A stretch of DNA of 64,000 nucleotides from Alphaproteobacteria bacterium (GTDB lineage: Bacteria > Pseudomonadota > Alphaproteobacteria > JAAXGF01). A program made the translations under genes and the position numbers. Of this stretch, positions 11,013 through 22,296 are shown piece by piece. The stretch covers positions 1,824,001 through 1,888,000 of the forward strand of contig CAUVXB020000001.1 in NCBI GenBank assembly GCA_963555825.3, given 5' to 3'. The notes under the pieces were generated by a model, which was given only the letters and a program-made list of their open reading frames with translations, searched no databases and was not told the DNA's origin. The stretch's first letter is position 1, and the number at the start of each line of letters is the position of its first letter.

Positions 11013-12499
11013 CAGAACCGGGGTAGGTCGGCGAACGGCAGTTTGCCCTTGTGCACATGCATGCGGCCCAACTCGGCGCAGCGGTGCAGCGTCGGGAACA
11101 CCTTGCCGGGATTGAGGTAGCCGTCCGGGTCGAAGGCGCATTTGAGGCGCTGCTGCTGGTCGAGGTCGGCCTCGTTGAACATCGTCCCCATCAGGTCGCG
11201 CTTCTCGACGCCGACGCCGTGCTCACCGGTCAACACGCCGCCGACCTCGACGCAGAGCTTGAGGATATCGGCGCCGAACGCCTCGGTCTTCTCGAGCTCG
11301 CCCGGGTTGTTGGCGTCATAGAGGATCAACGGGTGCAGGTTGCCGTCGCCGGCGTGAAACACGTTGGCCACCGCGAGGCCGTACTTCTCGCTGAGCTCAC
11401 CAATGCGTTTGAGCACCTCGGGCAGGCGGCCGCGCGGGATCGTGCCGTCCATACAGTAGTAGTCGGGCGAGATGCGCCCGATCGCCGGGAACGCCGCCTT
11501 GCGCCCGGCCCAGAAGCTTTCGCGCTCGGCCTCGGATTGGCTGACGCGCAGCGTCGTCGCGCCGCACTCCTCGGCGATGCCCCGGACCCGGCCGATCAGC
11601 TCGTCGACCTCGACCTCGGGTCCGTCGAGCTCGACGATCAACAGCGCCTCGACGTCGAGCGGGTAGCCGGCGTGGCAGAACGCCTCGGCCGCCTCGACCG
11701 CCGCGCGGTCCATGATCTCCATGCCGCCCGGGATGATGCCGCCGGCGATCACCCGGCCGACGCAGTCGCCCGCCGCCTCGATCGACGGGAAGCCGACGAG
11801 CAGCGCGCGCGCCGTCGCGGGCTTCTTGAGGATGCGCACGGTAATCTCGGTGATCACGCCCAGCAGCCCCTCCGAGCCCGTGGTGACACCCAGCAGGTCG
11901 TAGCCTTCCGCATCGAGGTGCTTGCCGCCGAAGCGCACGACCTCGCCGTTCATCAGCACCATCTCGACGCCCAGCACGTTGTTCGTCGTGACGCCGTACT
12001 TCAGGCAATGCACGCCGCCCGAATTCTCGGCGACGTTGCCGCCGATGGTGCAGGCGATCTGGCTCGACGGGTCGGGCGCGTAGTAGAAGCCGGCCTCCGC
12101 CACGGCGTCGCTGATCGCCAGGTTGGTGACGCCCGCCTGGGCGACGACGCAGCGATTGCCGTAGTCGATGTCGAGGATGCGCTTGAACTTGCCGAGGCCC
12201 AGCGTGACCGCGTCGGCGAGCGGCAGCGCGCCGCCCGAGAGCCCGGTGCCGGCGCCGCGCGGCACCACCTTGACGCCGCGCTGGTGGCACATCCCGAGGA
12301 TGCGCGACACCTGCTCGGTGGTTTCCGGCAAGACGACGATCATCGGCAGCTGGCGGTAGGCGGTCAACCCATCGCATTCGTAGACGCGCAGCGCGTCGGC
12401 ATCGGCGATCACCGACTCGGCGGGCAGCAAGCCGCGCAACGCCTCGACGAGTTCGCCGCGCCGCGCCAGCACCTCGCGGTCCGGTTTGGGCATCTGCAT
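11012..12499 (-). CDS. glcD: Glycolate oxidase subunit D (FAD-linked oxidase)
   Basis: PRGAGTGLSGGA, YAPDPSSQIACTIGGNVAENSGGVHCLKYG, HAGDGNLHP and GEHGVG motifs. Confidence 0.96.
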   Translation of the reverse strand: MQMPKPDREVLARRGELVEALRGLLPAESVIADADALRVYECDGLTAYRQLPMIVVLPETTEQVSRILGMCHQRGVKVVPRGAGTGLSGGALPLADAVTLGLGKFKRILDIDYGNRCVVAQAGVTNLAISDAVAEAGFYYAPDPSSQIACTIGGNVAENSGGVHCLKYGVTTNNVLGVEMVLMNGEVVRFGGKHLDAEGYDLLGVTTGSEGLLGVITEITVRILKKPATARALLVGFPSIEAAGDCVGRVIAGGIIPGGMEIMDRAAVEAAEAFCHAGYPLDVEALLIVELDGPEVEVDELIGRVRGIAEECGATTLRVSQSEAERESFWAGRKAAFPAIGRISPDYYCMDGTIPRGRLPEVLKRIGELSEKYGLAVANVFHAGDGNLHPLILYDANNPGELEKTEAFGADILKLCVEVGGVLTGEHGVGVEKRDLMGTMFNEADLDQQQRLKCAFDPDGYLNPGKVFPTLHRCAELGRMHVHKGKLPFADLPRF

Positions 12500-12547
12500 C
12501 AGGGCGACCCTTTCAGCGCCGCATAGTGCGGCACGCCCCCGAGCGCG

Positions 12548-12979
12548 TCAACGCGGCGGCGTCGGCACCACATCGGGACGATCGGAGCGCACGCGCGGCA
12601 GGGTGTCGCGCAGGTCGCACCAGGGCATCTTGCTCTCGGCGCAGAGGTGCCATCGGGGCGCCAGATCGTCGGGCCGATCGAGGCTGCCGAAGTAGACCCA
12701 GAGCGTCGCCTCGCCGTCGTAGCGGCCGAACAGCGAACAACCGCAGCCGTCGCAGAAGCCGCGCTCCATGACGTTCGACGAGCCGTACCATTTGGGTTCA
12801 CCGCGCTTCAACACCAGGGCCTTGCGCGGCCACTCCCCCGAGACGCTGAAGATCGACCCTTGCGACCTCTGGCACATGCGGCAGTGGCAATAGCCGACGT
12901 CGCGCGGCGGTTCGGTCAGCTGGTAGACGATGGCGCCGCATTGGCAGGCACCGGTGATCGGTCGCGTCGGATCGCCCAT
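12548..12979 (-). CDS. GFA-family (glutathione-dependent formaldehyde-activating/CENP-V) zinc protein
   Basis: GACQCGAI, CHCRMCQR and RGFCDGCG motifs. Confidence 0.88.
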   Translation of the reverse strand: MGDPTRPITGACQCGAIVYQLTEPPRDVGYCHCRMCQRSQGSIFSVSGEWPRKALVLKRGEPKWYGSSNVMERGFCDGCGCSLFGRYDGEATLWVYFGSLDRPDDLAPRWHLCAESKMPWCDLRDTLPRVRSDRPDVVPTPPR

Positions 12980-13000
12980 CGCATCCCCCTCGTCAATTTC

Positions 13001-13080
13001 CGGTCACCCTCGGTGACCTGCGCTCAATCGCCGCGCATGCCAATCTTTATCCCACAAGGACTGGCCGAACGGTCGGCGGC
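13001..13080 (-). repeat. Structured intergenic repeat, family B, copy 2
   Basis: Reverse complement matches 8341-8438; hairpin GGTCACC-GAG-GGTGACC. Confidence 0.75.
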
Positions 13081-13239
13081 CCGCAGTCGCGGGCTGGCAA
13101 AACCCTGTCGAATTGCCGAGAGGCGCGCATGCTCGCGCAATTGCGGCGACGACGCAAATCGCGCGGTGGGCGTGAGATTTCGGGTGTCGGGGGGCGCCGC
13201 CGCGCGGATGCGGCGACGCGCGGTGTCAGCCCTGGCGCG

Positions 13240-13371
13240 GGCATTGTCAAGTTAACTGATTGTAGGCTGTTTTCGGCATTTTTCCACGAGGCTAAGCCAT
13301 TGAAATTGCGTAAAGCAGCCATCGACAATTTACCGAGATTTTGGAGTGAATCCAGTTAACTTGACAAAGCC
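13240..13371. mobile_element. 132-bp MITE with ~22-bp terminal inverted repeats
   Basis: GGCATTGTCAAGTTAACTGATT ... AATCCAGTTAACTTGACAAAGCC; AT-rich interior, no ORF, no target duplication. Confidence 0.75.
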
Positions 13372-13922
13372 CCCGGCCGTCATCATCTCGGCCGGCTTCA
13401 TGTATTGCGTCGAGTTCTTCGCCGACAAGATGCCCGGCGTCGACAGCGGCTGGGACACGATCCACACCTTCATCCGCATCCCGGCCGCCGCGGTCCTGGC
13501 TGCCGCTGCCGTCGGCGACGTCGACCCGGCCATCATGCTGGTGGCTGGCATCCTGGGCGGCACCCTGGCGGCGACCAGCCATACCATGAAGGCCGGCAGC
13601 CGCGTTCTCATCAACGCCTCGCCCGAGCCCTTCAGCAACATCGGTGCCTCGTTTTTCGAGGACGCCTTGGCGATGGCCGGCCTGCTCGGCGCGATTTACT
13701 ACCCCGATGCTTTCCTGGTCGGCGCTTCCTGATGCTTTCCTGTTCATCCTGCTGGCGATCTGGCTGCTGCCGAAGATCTGGCGCGGCGTGCGGATGCTCT
13801 TCGCCCGCTTGCGGGGCCTCTTCTCCGGCGGCGCGGCGCGCCAGCCTTCGGGCGTCACCCTGAGGCCGGTCGAGAGCGGGCGGGCGCCACGGGTCGAGGG
13901 CCAACCCACGTCTTTAGAGTAA
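13372..13922 (+). pseudogene. DUF4126-family membrane protein, 5'-truncated and frameshifted
   Basis: VEFFADKMPGVDSGWD.IHTFIRIPA and INASPEPFSN motifs. The N-terminus is replaced by the MITE and the frame changes at ~13720-13735. Confidence 0.8.
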
Positions 13923-15245
13923 GCGTCGCGCGACCTCCTCGGCCCTTTCAATGCCCGTCAGGTAGGCGCCGGCGCAGGTCGCCCAGAGGCTCGGGTGACA
14001 GGCCTCGCCGGCGAAGAAGACGCGGTCGCCGAGCGGCCGGCGCAAGGCGGCCCTCAGATGGCTATGGCCGGGCTCGGCGGAGGCGTAGGAACCGCGCGTC
14101 CAGGGGTCTTCGCCCCAGCGCGTCATGGTGCCCTTGATGAAGGCGCGGTCGATCCGGCTGCCGAAGATCGCCTTGAGCTCGGCCCGGGCGAAGTCGACCG
14201 CCGCCGCGGCCCCGGCCAGCTCCAGCTCGCGCCCGAAACTGCCGCCGACGACGCCGAAGGTCAGGCGCGTGCCCGAAATGTTGGTGAGCAGGCCCATGGA
14301 TCGCTTCGAAGCGCTTTTGTAAGCGATGGTGGCATCGTCGCCCCGGCCAAAGACATCCTCGGAGAACAAGAGGGCGATGTGGTTGTAGGTGCCCATGGAG
14401 ATACGGGCGAAGGCCTCTTGCTGCTCTGCCGACGGCGGTGGGTCGAAGGTGATCCCGCCGGCAGCCAGGACGCCAGTCGAGACGGTGACGACGGCGGCTT
14501 TGGCCTTGAGCGTGCCATCGTTGGTCTCCACGGCCACGCCACGGCTATCCCAGAGAATCTTGCGGACCGGCGTTGCCAGGCGGACCGGCAGGCCGCGACC
14601 GTAGTGGGCGACCAGGCTGCCGAAGCCTTCGGCGCAATACCAGTCGGCGCCGTCCTCGAAGCTCCACCAATCGAGGCAGGAAAAGTCCGTCAGGTCCTTG
14701 CCCATGTCCCAGGGGCCGAGCCAGGCGCCGGCCAGACGCACCCAAGGGTCGGCGAGGTCGAGTTGCGAGGCGGCGCTGACGTCTTCTCCGGCCCGCCCGG
14801 CGCGGCTGATGGCGCCGACAGTGGTCTGCCAGGCCTGGTCGTAGGCCCGCGCCTCAGCCTCTGTTGCCTGTCTCGGGCCGACGTAGAGAGTTTCTGCCGA
14901 TGGCGCCGGATAGACCGTGAACCCATGACGCCGGGCGTAGTCGACCCAGGGGTTGAGATGGGCGACGTGGAGCCAGTGGCAGCCGTGGTCATAGGGCACG
15001 CCGAAGGTCTCGGTTTCGGTATGGGCGCGCCCGCCGATGCGCCCGCGCGCTTCGAGGACGATGACCTCCAAGCCGAGTTCGCGCAAGCGACGGGCGGCGG
15101 CGAGGCCGGCCGCCCCGGCGCCGACGACGACCACGTCCGGGTTGCCGGGCAGGGCCGTGTCCAGGGGCAGGGGGGCGACGGCGGTTGCCGCCGCGCCCGC
15201 CAGGAAGGCGCGACGGGTCCATGGGGGAATGCGAGTTCGATGCAT
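13914..15245 (-). CDS. Flavin monoamine oxidase family FAD-dependent oxidoreductase, Tat-exported
   Basis: TRRAFLAG twin-arginine signal, [33 protein letters not shown] and GAYLTG motifs. Confidence 0.9.
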   Translation of the reverse strand: MHRTRIPPWTRRAFLAGAAATAVAPLPLDTALPGNPDVVVVGAGAAGLAAARRLRELGLEVIVLEARGRIGGRAHTETETFGVPYDHGCHWLHVAHLNPWVDYARRHGFTVYPAPSAETLYVGPRQATEAEARAYDQAWQTTVGAISRAGRAGEDVSAASQLDLADPWVRLAGAWLGPWDMGKDLTDFSCLDWWSFEDGADWYCAEGFGSLVAHYGRGLPVRLATPVRKILWDSRGVAVETNDGTLKAKAAVVTVSTGVLAAGGITFDPPPSAEQQEAFARISMGTYNHIALLFSEDVFGRGDDATIAYKSASKRSMGLLTNISGTRLTFGVVGGSFGRELELAGAAAAVDFARAELKAIFGSRIDRAFIKGTMTRWGEDPWTRGSYASAEPGHSHLRAALRRPLGDRVFFAGEACHPSLWATCAGAYLTGIERAEEVARRLL

Positions 15246-15299
15246 CGCGGACTCCCGGGGCCAAGATTTGACGGCTATCATACTGCGACGGCAGGCAAA

Positions 15300-16001
15300 G
15301 GCGATGTCCCTATCTCTGTTGAAATTCGTGGGGCAGGCGTCGCTGGTTGATGATGCTATGCTGCCTTCATGATGGTTTCAATGGCACTGTCGGCCTGAGC
15401 CTTTCTCAAGTGTTCCTGGAGAGCATTTCGGAGGATGGGCAGCTGGCGATAGGCCTTGAGGCGACGGAAGGTTTTCTGGGCCTCCAGCAGGCCGGCGGCG
15501 GTCCATCTGAGCGCCATCTCGGCGTGTCTCCAGCGTTTGACGTTGCGGGTGACCTGGCGCACCGTGCCGAGCGCGTTCTCGACGATGTTGGTGCAGGCGA
15601 GCGAGCGCCGGAGTTCGTGCGGCAGGCCGAGGCGGATGACGGTGAGGATCTCCTCCAGCCCCTCCAGGATGCTGCCCGAGACGCCCGGTTCCTCATGCTC
15701 CAGACGCCGGACCAGGTTGCGCAAGAGCCGCTCGGCCTTGTTTGCGTCGTCCTGGTCCCAGGCCTGACGGAGCGCCTTCTTGACGCTCGCGTGCAAATGT
15801 TGGGGCAGGCGCTCGATGATGTTACGGCCCTTGTGGACCTGGCAGCGCTGGATGGCGGCGGCCACACCGAAGGTGTTTCGGATCGCTTTGCTGAGTGCCT
15901 TCGCGCCATCGACGATGAACAGCCGCGGCAGTGTCGGATCGAGCCCCCTGGCGAGGAGATTGTCGATCAAGGCCTGGACGACGACCGTGTTCTCCGTCGC
16001 C
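15300..16001 (-). mobile_element. IS256-family element, truncated 3' half
   Basis: Nearly identical to 43574-44275. Starts with the GGCGATGTCCC end, and identity stops at 16001 where a TGT-ended element begins. Confidence 0.93.
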
Positions 16002-17116
16002 TGTGGCTCCCATAAATCCTATCTGCCGCAGAAATCCTAGTATTCCCGGCTTGTGCCGGATAGCGTCTCCGACATGTGCACGACCATTCGAATTGTCCTT
16101 GCCATGGTCCATGAGGCTTTCCTCAGCCGCGCGGCGTTGCATCTTGAGAACCTTGCCCTGCGACAGCAGCTTGCCGCCAGGCGAGCCAGGCCTTAGATCG
16201 GAAAGGAGCCAGGCCATCGCTTCGGATGGCCGATCGCCTTTTCTGGGTCGTCCTGTCTCGGCTGTGGTCGGGTTGGAGGGAGATCCTGGTGATCGTCAAG
16301 CCGGAGACGGTTATCGGCTGGCATCGAAAGGGCTTCCGACGTTTCTGGACCCGGAAGTCGCGACGGGGGAAGCCGGGACGACCGCCCGTGTCGAGCGAAT
16401 TCCGAGGGCTTATCCGCCGGATGTCTCGGGAGAATCCGTTGTGGGGCGCTCCCCGAATCCACGGTGAGCTCAGGATGCTCGGCTTCGAGGTCTCCGAGGC
16501 GGCCGTGTCCAAGTACATGCCGCGCCATCCAAAGCCACCTTCGCAGACATGGCGGACGTTCCTCGAGAACCACGTCGGGTGCCTAGCGTCGACCGACTTC
16601 TTCGTCGTACCCACCGCGACGTTCAGTCTTCTATTCGTGCTCGTTGTGCTGCGGCACGAGCGTCGGCGGATTGTTCACATCGGCACCACGGCACACCCGA
16701 CTGCGGCGTGGGTCGCGCAACAGATCCGGGAGGCCTTTCCGTGGGAGACAGCACCACGGTATATGATCCGAGATCGGGATCGTGTGTACGGTATTGCCTT
16801 TCGTTCGCGGATAAAGGCGATGGGCATCGAAGAGGTCGTGACGGCGCCGCGATCGCCGTGGCAGTCGCCGTACGTTGAGCGCGTGATCGGGTCCATCAGG
16901 CGAGAGTGTCTGGATCACGTGATCGTTCTAAACGAACGGCATCTGCGGGCGATACTCTTGTCGTACATCGACTACTACCAGCGATCCCGCACGCACCTGG
17001 CGCTAGGCAAGGATACCCCTGAACGGCGATCGGTTCAGCCGGCTGGCGCCGGGAAGATCGTGGCGTTTCCACAGGTCGGCGGGCTGCATCATCGGTACCA
17101 GCGGTTGGCGGCCTGA
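16002..17116 (+). mobile_element. rve integrase-core transposase element (IS481/IS3-like), N-terminus frameshifted; right end not located
   Basis: Begins TGTGGCTCCCATAAATCC. LENLALRQQL (from ~16104) is separated from ..RMADRLFW by a ~14-nt insertion. Then KPETVIGWHR, NPLWGAPRIHGEL, DFF, IRDRD, ERVIGSIRRECLD and GGLHHRY motifs. Confidence 0.8.
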
Positions 17117-17289
17117 CTGGCACCGGCTATCGTATAATCGGCTTGCGGCGATGATTCTGACGCCGTCGGGGTCGCCGTAACCTCAGCAATCCGTCTTACT
17201 ATGGCAAGGCCCCCCAAGCCGGTTGCCGATCGATGTGGGCGTCGTTTCCGAAGATGACTATGCCCGCCTCACAGCGAAGATGGTGCCAT

Positions 17290-17884
17290 CACCAGTGCCG
17301 GCGGACCGGTCGGCGTTCTTGATGCACCCCGGATGAGATAAATGGGAGGCACAGGCGCCTCGGACGCCTCGAAGGTGACCGCGGTTCCATGGGGCCAGGA
17401 GGGCGCTGATCGTCCAAGGATGCCGACATGCGCCGGCATCGCGGCCGAGCAAAGTGAGCGGGTTCGAGCACCAGGCGGTAGCCGGGGCTTGGGTCCCTGC
17501 CGGGGAGCGCGCCAGCGCAAGGTGCAGCCCCGTCGCGAGAGACGCGAGAAGCCCGGAGCGGTCACCCGGCGGGATCTTCCGCCTCAGTGATGCCGGCCTT
17601 CCAGTTGCTTTGGCCGAAAGTCAGCAGGATTGCGGGATCGGCGATCCCGTCGCCGTCGTCAGTGATGGTAACGCGGGTGGTGTCGCCATCCTGCTCGATG
17701 GTTGCGGCGACGCGCGGTTGGCCCCGCCACGGCGTGAGTTTTGCAGCGTCTCGGTGAAAATATCGGCGAGGCCAGCCGAGAACAGCCGGGTCACCTTGTC
17801 GATGGCGCTGTCGCCGACGCGGGCGCGGATCGTGGCCGAACCGTTGCCGGGCTCGGCGATAACGGGATTCTGTGCAGTAGACAT
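17290..17884 (-). pseudogene. Degraded GHKL/HATPase ATP-binding protein of plasmid/ICE type (3' limit approximate)
   Basis: IFTETLQNSRRGGA (N box), then after a frameshift VTITDDGDGIADP (G1 box) and FGQSNW...EDPAG. Confidence 0.6.
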
Positions 17885-17975
17885 GGGGAATCTCCTGGTT
17901 GTCGATACGGGAACGAAAGACGCCCCGCCGGTATGGAGCCAGCGGGGCGTTGTCGTGAGGGAAGAACGCGGTGGT

Positions 17976-20564
17976 TCAGCCGCGGCGCAGGAACGCCGGT
18001 ATCTCCAGCAATTCTGAACCGTTGTCGTGGCCGTTGCCGCGCAGCGGGGCCAGGACCTGTTCCCGCTCTACGGACACCTCATGGCCGCCGCCAGCGATGG
18101 TAATGCGCACGGCGTCATGATCGGCAAGGTCGGTGTCGCCGGTGGGAGAGTCGGCCGCTTCCGGCACAGACGCCGCGACAGGAGGCACGGCATCGCTGTT
18201 CTTGGCCGAGGCGAGTGCGCCGGCGCGGCGTTCGGCCACGGCGGGAGCATCGATGCTCTCGACGACGGAATGAAGGCGTGCGTTCATGGGTTTCTGTGCC
18301 TCCACCGGAGCGGGATCAGCGTCATTGTCCGACAGTGCATCGGCCTGAGGAGCCTCGGATTGCGAGGTGTCGTCGTCGACGCGCGATGGATCGGCGCCAC
18401 CGTTGACGTCATCGCCATCATCTTCCGGCGCACCACCCAGCGGCGTATCTGCCACAGTCGGTTGCGGTTCGGGGGCGGTTGTCCCCTCGTCATCAGCCGA
18501 GGCGCTGTCGTCGACGGTGCCCGTATCGAAGGCGCGGAACCCGGGCGGTGTCCAGGCGATGGCCGCGGCGCGGCCCTCGGCCGTGACCCCGGCGGGGACG
18601 CCGCCGCCGTGGGCGAATGCGTCCTGCATCGCCTTGGCGATCTCCGCCTTCTTCTGCTTAGCCTCCGCTTGCGCCCAGGTCTCACCCAGCGTCTCGCGGG
18701 CGATGGCGAGGATGCGGTCCTTGCGCAGCCGCGACCACAGCAGATCGGCGGTCCAGACCTGATCGCGGTTGCCCCGGACAGCGGCGGCGAAATCGATGTC
18801 GAGCCGGGCCACGGTCGCTTCGACCTCGGGCCGGGCTTTGGGTTCGAACGCCAGTTGACCCTTCAGCGTGCGCGCGACGCTGGACGCGAACAGGATCTGC
18901 TTGTCCCGTTCGGGAAGCGCCCGCAGTTCGGCGAAGGCCTCGGCATCGGGCAGGCCGGCCCAGTCGAGTTCTTGCGCGGCACGGTCGATCTCGAGGTGCT
19001 TTTCACCAACGTTGATGGTGCCGAAGGCGTCGTCGTTGACCCGCATGGCCGGACGGTCCGGGGTCTCGGCCGCCCTGATGTCGAGCGCGTCATCATGGTA
19101 GCCGTTGGTGAACACGCCGCGGGCAAGCTGGAACAGCAGCAGATCGAAGGCCGCCTCGAAGTCGCAAGCGAGCTGGCTTTTGACGATGGCCGTGCGGATG
19201 GCCCGCAAGTCGTCGGCGATGCCGATGCCGACGCCCGCTTCCTTGCGCGCCTCGGCTTCCGCATCGCCGGGCGAAGCGAGGGGAGCCGCAAGCGTTGGCG
19301 CCTCAATGCCGGATATGGTGTACTCCCCGTCGCCGGTATCGTCGTGTCCGGCGGCGTCCGCATCGCCTGCTTCGCGCGCGGGCATGTCCTCGGGGCTGAC
19401 CAGGCCCTGGATCAGTTTGAGTTCGCCATCGTTGCCGATGGTGGCGATGCACCCGGCGATGGCGATATCCTCGCGACGGTAGACCGCGCGGGCCTCGATC
19501 GTGGCTTCGATCCCGTCGAGCGGGGTCTCGTTGGCATCGGCTTCTTCGACCAGCTCTTCGGTCCAGCCGTCGTCGTCCATGTTGGCGAGTTCGTCGTTGC
19601 GGGTCCTCAGGCGTTCGATCTCGGCCTTCTCCCCGTCCGTCGGCTCGGCCGGTTGCGGGCGCACCCGCCCGAAGCTCGCGGTGGCGTTCCAGTCCACATC
19701 GAACCGCGCTCGGCCCATTTCCAGCGCGTCTCCAGTTCCCTCGCCGCGACCTGGAGGCTGTCCATGGCGAGCTTGTTCAAGAGATCGGGATCGTCGAACC
19801 ATATCCCCCGCTCGTCCTCCTCGGCGAACAGGTCGCGGTCGATCCTGCCGCCCGCCGCCTCGTAAGCCTCGATGCCGACGAAACGTGCGATGGCGGACGT
19901 GGCCAGAACCCGGCCCTCGGTCAGCAGGCGCTTGATCTGCCAGGCGCCGGGGGCCGGTAGCCCTGCTGGCTCACCGTCTCCCAGACCGCGTTCTGGCGCG
20001 CCTGATCCGTGGTGACGGCGAAGGCCATCAATGTGTCCAGATCGATTTCGCCCGCACGGTAGGCCTCAAGCAGCACCGGTGCTGCATTGCCGAGACGCAG
20101 CCGCTTCTCCACGGTGCGTTCCGAGACCCCGAATCGTGCCGCGATGGCGGCCGCCGGGCTGCCCGCATCGGCCAGGCGGCGGAACGCCTCGACCTGATCG
20201 GCCGGGTGACGGCTTACATGGCGGCGCGGACACTGTTCTCGGCCAGCGAAACTTCTTCGGCCGCCACGATATCTCCGATCATCCGGCAGGGTACGGGGTG
20301 GTTTTCGTCCAGCGCGCCTTCGGCGGCCAGCGCCTGCATCGCGGCCAGCCGCCGTCCGCCGGCGATCACCGCGTAACGCCCGGGGCCATCCGCGCCGGGT
20401 TCCATGGAACGGGTAATCAGGTTCTCGAGCAGACCCTGGGCTGCGATCGAGGCCTTGAGCTCGGTGAAGGCCGAAGCGTCGGCCGGCGTCTTGCGCACAT
20501 TGCCGGGCGAGAGTTCGAGTTGGGACAGCGGGATGTCGCGGATATCGCGTTCGGGGTCGTGCAT
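17976..20564 (-). pseudogene. Long ParB/RepB/Spo0J-like protein of conjugative elements, multiply frameshifted
   Basis: IPLSQL..SP.NVRKT, LKASIAAQGLLENL, VIAGGRRL.A, SLAEN..R.AM|HPADQ.EAF and AIAARFGVSERTVEKRLRL motifs are spread over at least 4 frames; an 8-nt insertion with TAA lies at ~20209-20216. Confidence 0.85.
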
Positions 20565-20766
20565 GTCAGTCTCCGGGATTGCGTGAATGCGGAACCGGGC
20601 GGGGACACCCTCTTCGGCATCCGCCCTCGCCCGCCTTCGGCTAAAGCTCTCGCTCTCAGGGGCGTGACGGAACCGGATGGGTCCGAAACGGCTGGACGGT
20701 GCAAGGACAGTTGAATCAATTGCCGCCGTTACTGCGCCGGGAAGGCCGCCATGGGCAGACGCGGTG

Positions 20767-21178
20767 CTAGTTCGATACCCGCCACGCGCCGCCGGGCTGG
20801 CGGCAGGCGCTGCCGTGGGCTTGCCCGGTGCACCCGCCGGCGGTCACAGTGAGTTGGTATTCCCTGCAGTAAATTCCGCCGGCCGATCTGTAGGTGCGGG
20901 TTGGCGTAATCGTCCCTGCGTTGCCGGTATTGGAATTGTGCCAGCGCAAAGGCAGCCTGCCTGGACGGGTCTCCAGCGCCGCTTGCCGTGTGCGGCCCGC
21001 TTATAACTTGTCGAGCGAGGCGCCGAGCCCGCTGCCGGGAAACAACCCCGCCATGGTTCCAGCCACCGTGGCTGCGATCCCGAGCTTGCCGCTTCTGGCC
21101 GTGGGTCCGTGCTCGCCCCCGGCGATGCCACCGAGCCGCCGCGCCGGCCATCCGCTTCACCCCGTGATCGCCGGACAT
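20767..21178 (-). pseudogene. 17-kDa surface antigen (RT0821/Lpp0805-like, glycine zipper) remnant
   Basis: Glycine-rich segment ..GSGLGASLDKL* with an internal stop, then WHNSNTGNAG.ITP..TY....YCREY..TV......AHGSACRQPGGAWR. Confidence 0.7.
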
Positions 21179-21885
21179 GCAACCGGCCGGAAACAGGGCA
21201 GCGATTACCCTGATCGCCGACCTGTTATTCGGCGCGCAGGATCGACGCCGATCGGCGCGCTAACCCTTTGAGATCACTTGATTCTAGGGGGTAACAGCAC
21301 AGGCTCAGAGCCCGCTTCGACTCCCAATTGGCACCGTAGCTGTCTGACAGACACCTCCCTGCAAGCTGCTCCTCCCACGCCAGAAGCCCAAAGCGATTCA
21401 CATCTACTGCCCCATGTGGCACAAGGTGTCAGTCGATCGCCAAGTCAGGATCTTCCATGGAAGCCAATGCATGTGAGCAGGTCATTCCGAGAAGTGCCGC
21501 TTTGATCTTGAACAACTGAAAGCCAACCACGAATTAATCAAACAGGGAGAACCATATCATGGCGGGATTCGAGGGCGGATGCCTTTGCGGTGCGGTGCGC
21601 TACCAGTCGAAAGCCGATCCACAGGTCGTCGGGCATTGCTACTGCGTTGATTGCCGGAAAACCAGTGGCACGGGCCATTGCACCCATATCGGGGTGCCCG
21701 CCAACGGATTTTCCGTCACCGGCGAGGTGCGGTTCTTCGACAAGCCGGCCGATAGCGGCAACATGGTCAGTCGCGGTTTCTGCCCAACCTGCGGTTCGGC
21801 AGTCTACTCGACCAATTCGTGAGTCGGACCCGATTTCCTTGGACACAGAATTGGCTTAATCGAAGTGTCCAAGGAGGACCGGAAC

Positions 21886-22296
21886 ATGACCGACAATTTT
21901 GAGAACAAAGTTGCTGTTGATGGGCCTGTGGTAAACGAGGGCGAGCTTGGCTCGTCCACGTTTTCCCCGGGCCAGGTTTCGCCGGCAGGCCCGCTGGGAC
22001 TTGGCCAGCGGTGGACGGTGACGCGCAAGCGTGAGGTTGCCCTGCGGCTTTTGCGTGGCGAGCCGGTGGAACTTTTGTCGCGGCAGTTGGGCGTGGAGAT
22101 TTTCCGGCTCGAGCAGTGGCGTGAGAAGGCGATCGCCGGGATCGATGCCTCGCTCAAGGAACGCAAGGGCGATCCGGTGAAGGCGGAACTGGACATCGCC
22201 ATGAAGCGGATCGGGGAGTTGATCATGCAGGTGGAACTGCTGGAGGCCAAGACGGAGACGTCCGGCCCTTTGGGGCGGCGGAGGTCGCGGCGATGA
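21886..22296 (+). CDS. Transposase OrfA (HTH)
   Basis: RWTVTRKREVALRLLRGE HTH plus a coiled-coil tail; its TGA overlaps the OrfB ATG (ATGA). Confidence 0.8.
   Translation: MTDNFENKVAVDGPVVNEGELGSSTFSPGQVSPAGPLGLGQRWTVTRKREVALRLLRGEPVELLSRQLGVEIFRLEQWREKAIAGIDASLKERKGDPVKAELDIAMKRIGELIMQVELLEAKTETSGPLGRRRSRR

Noticed and set aside
8523-12526. Long plus-strand ORFs (865 aa, 491 aa) and similar antisense ORFs elsewhere
   Set aside because: Shadow frames opposite glcDEF, typical of high-GC DNA, with no recognisable motifs.
21502-21515. FNR/FixK-like box TTGAT-CTTG-AACAA upstream of the GFA gene
   Set aside because: One mismatch, and it is too close to the RBS for a standard class II promoter; could be chance.
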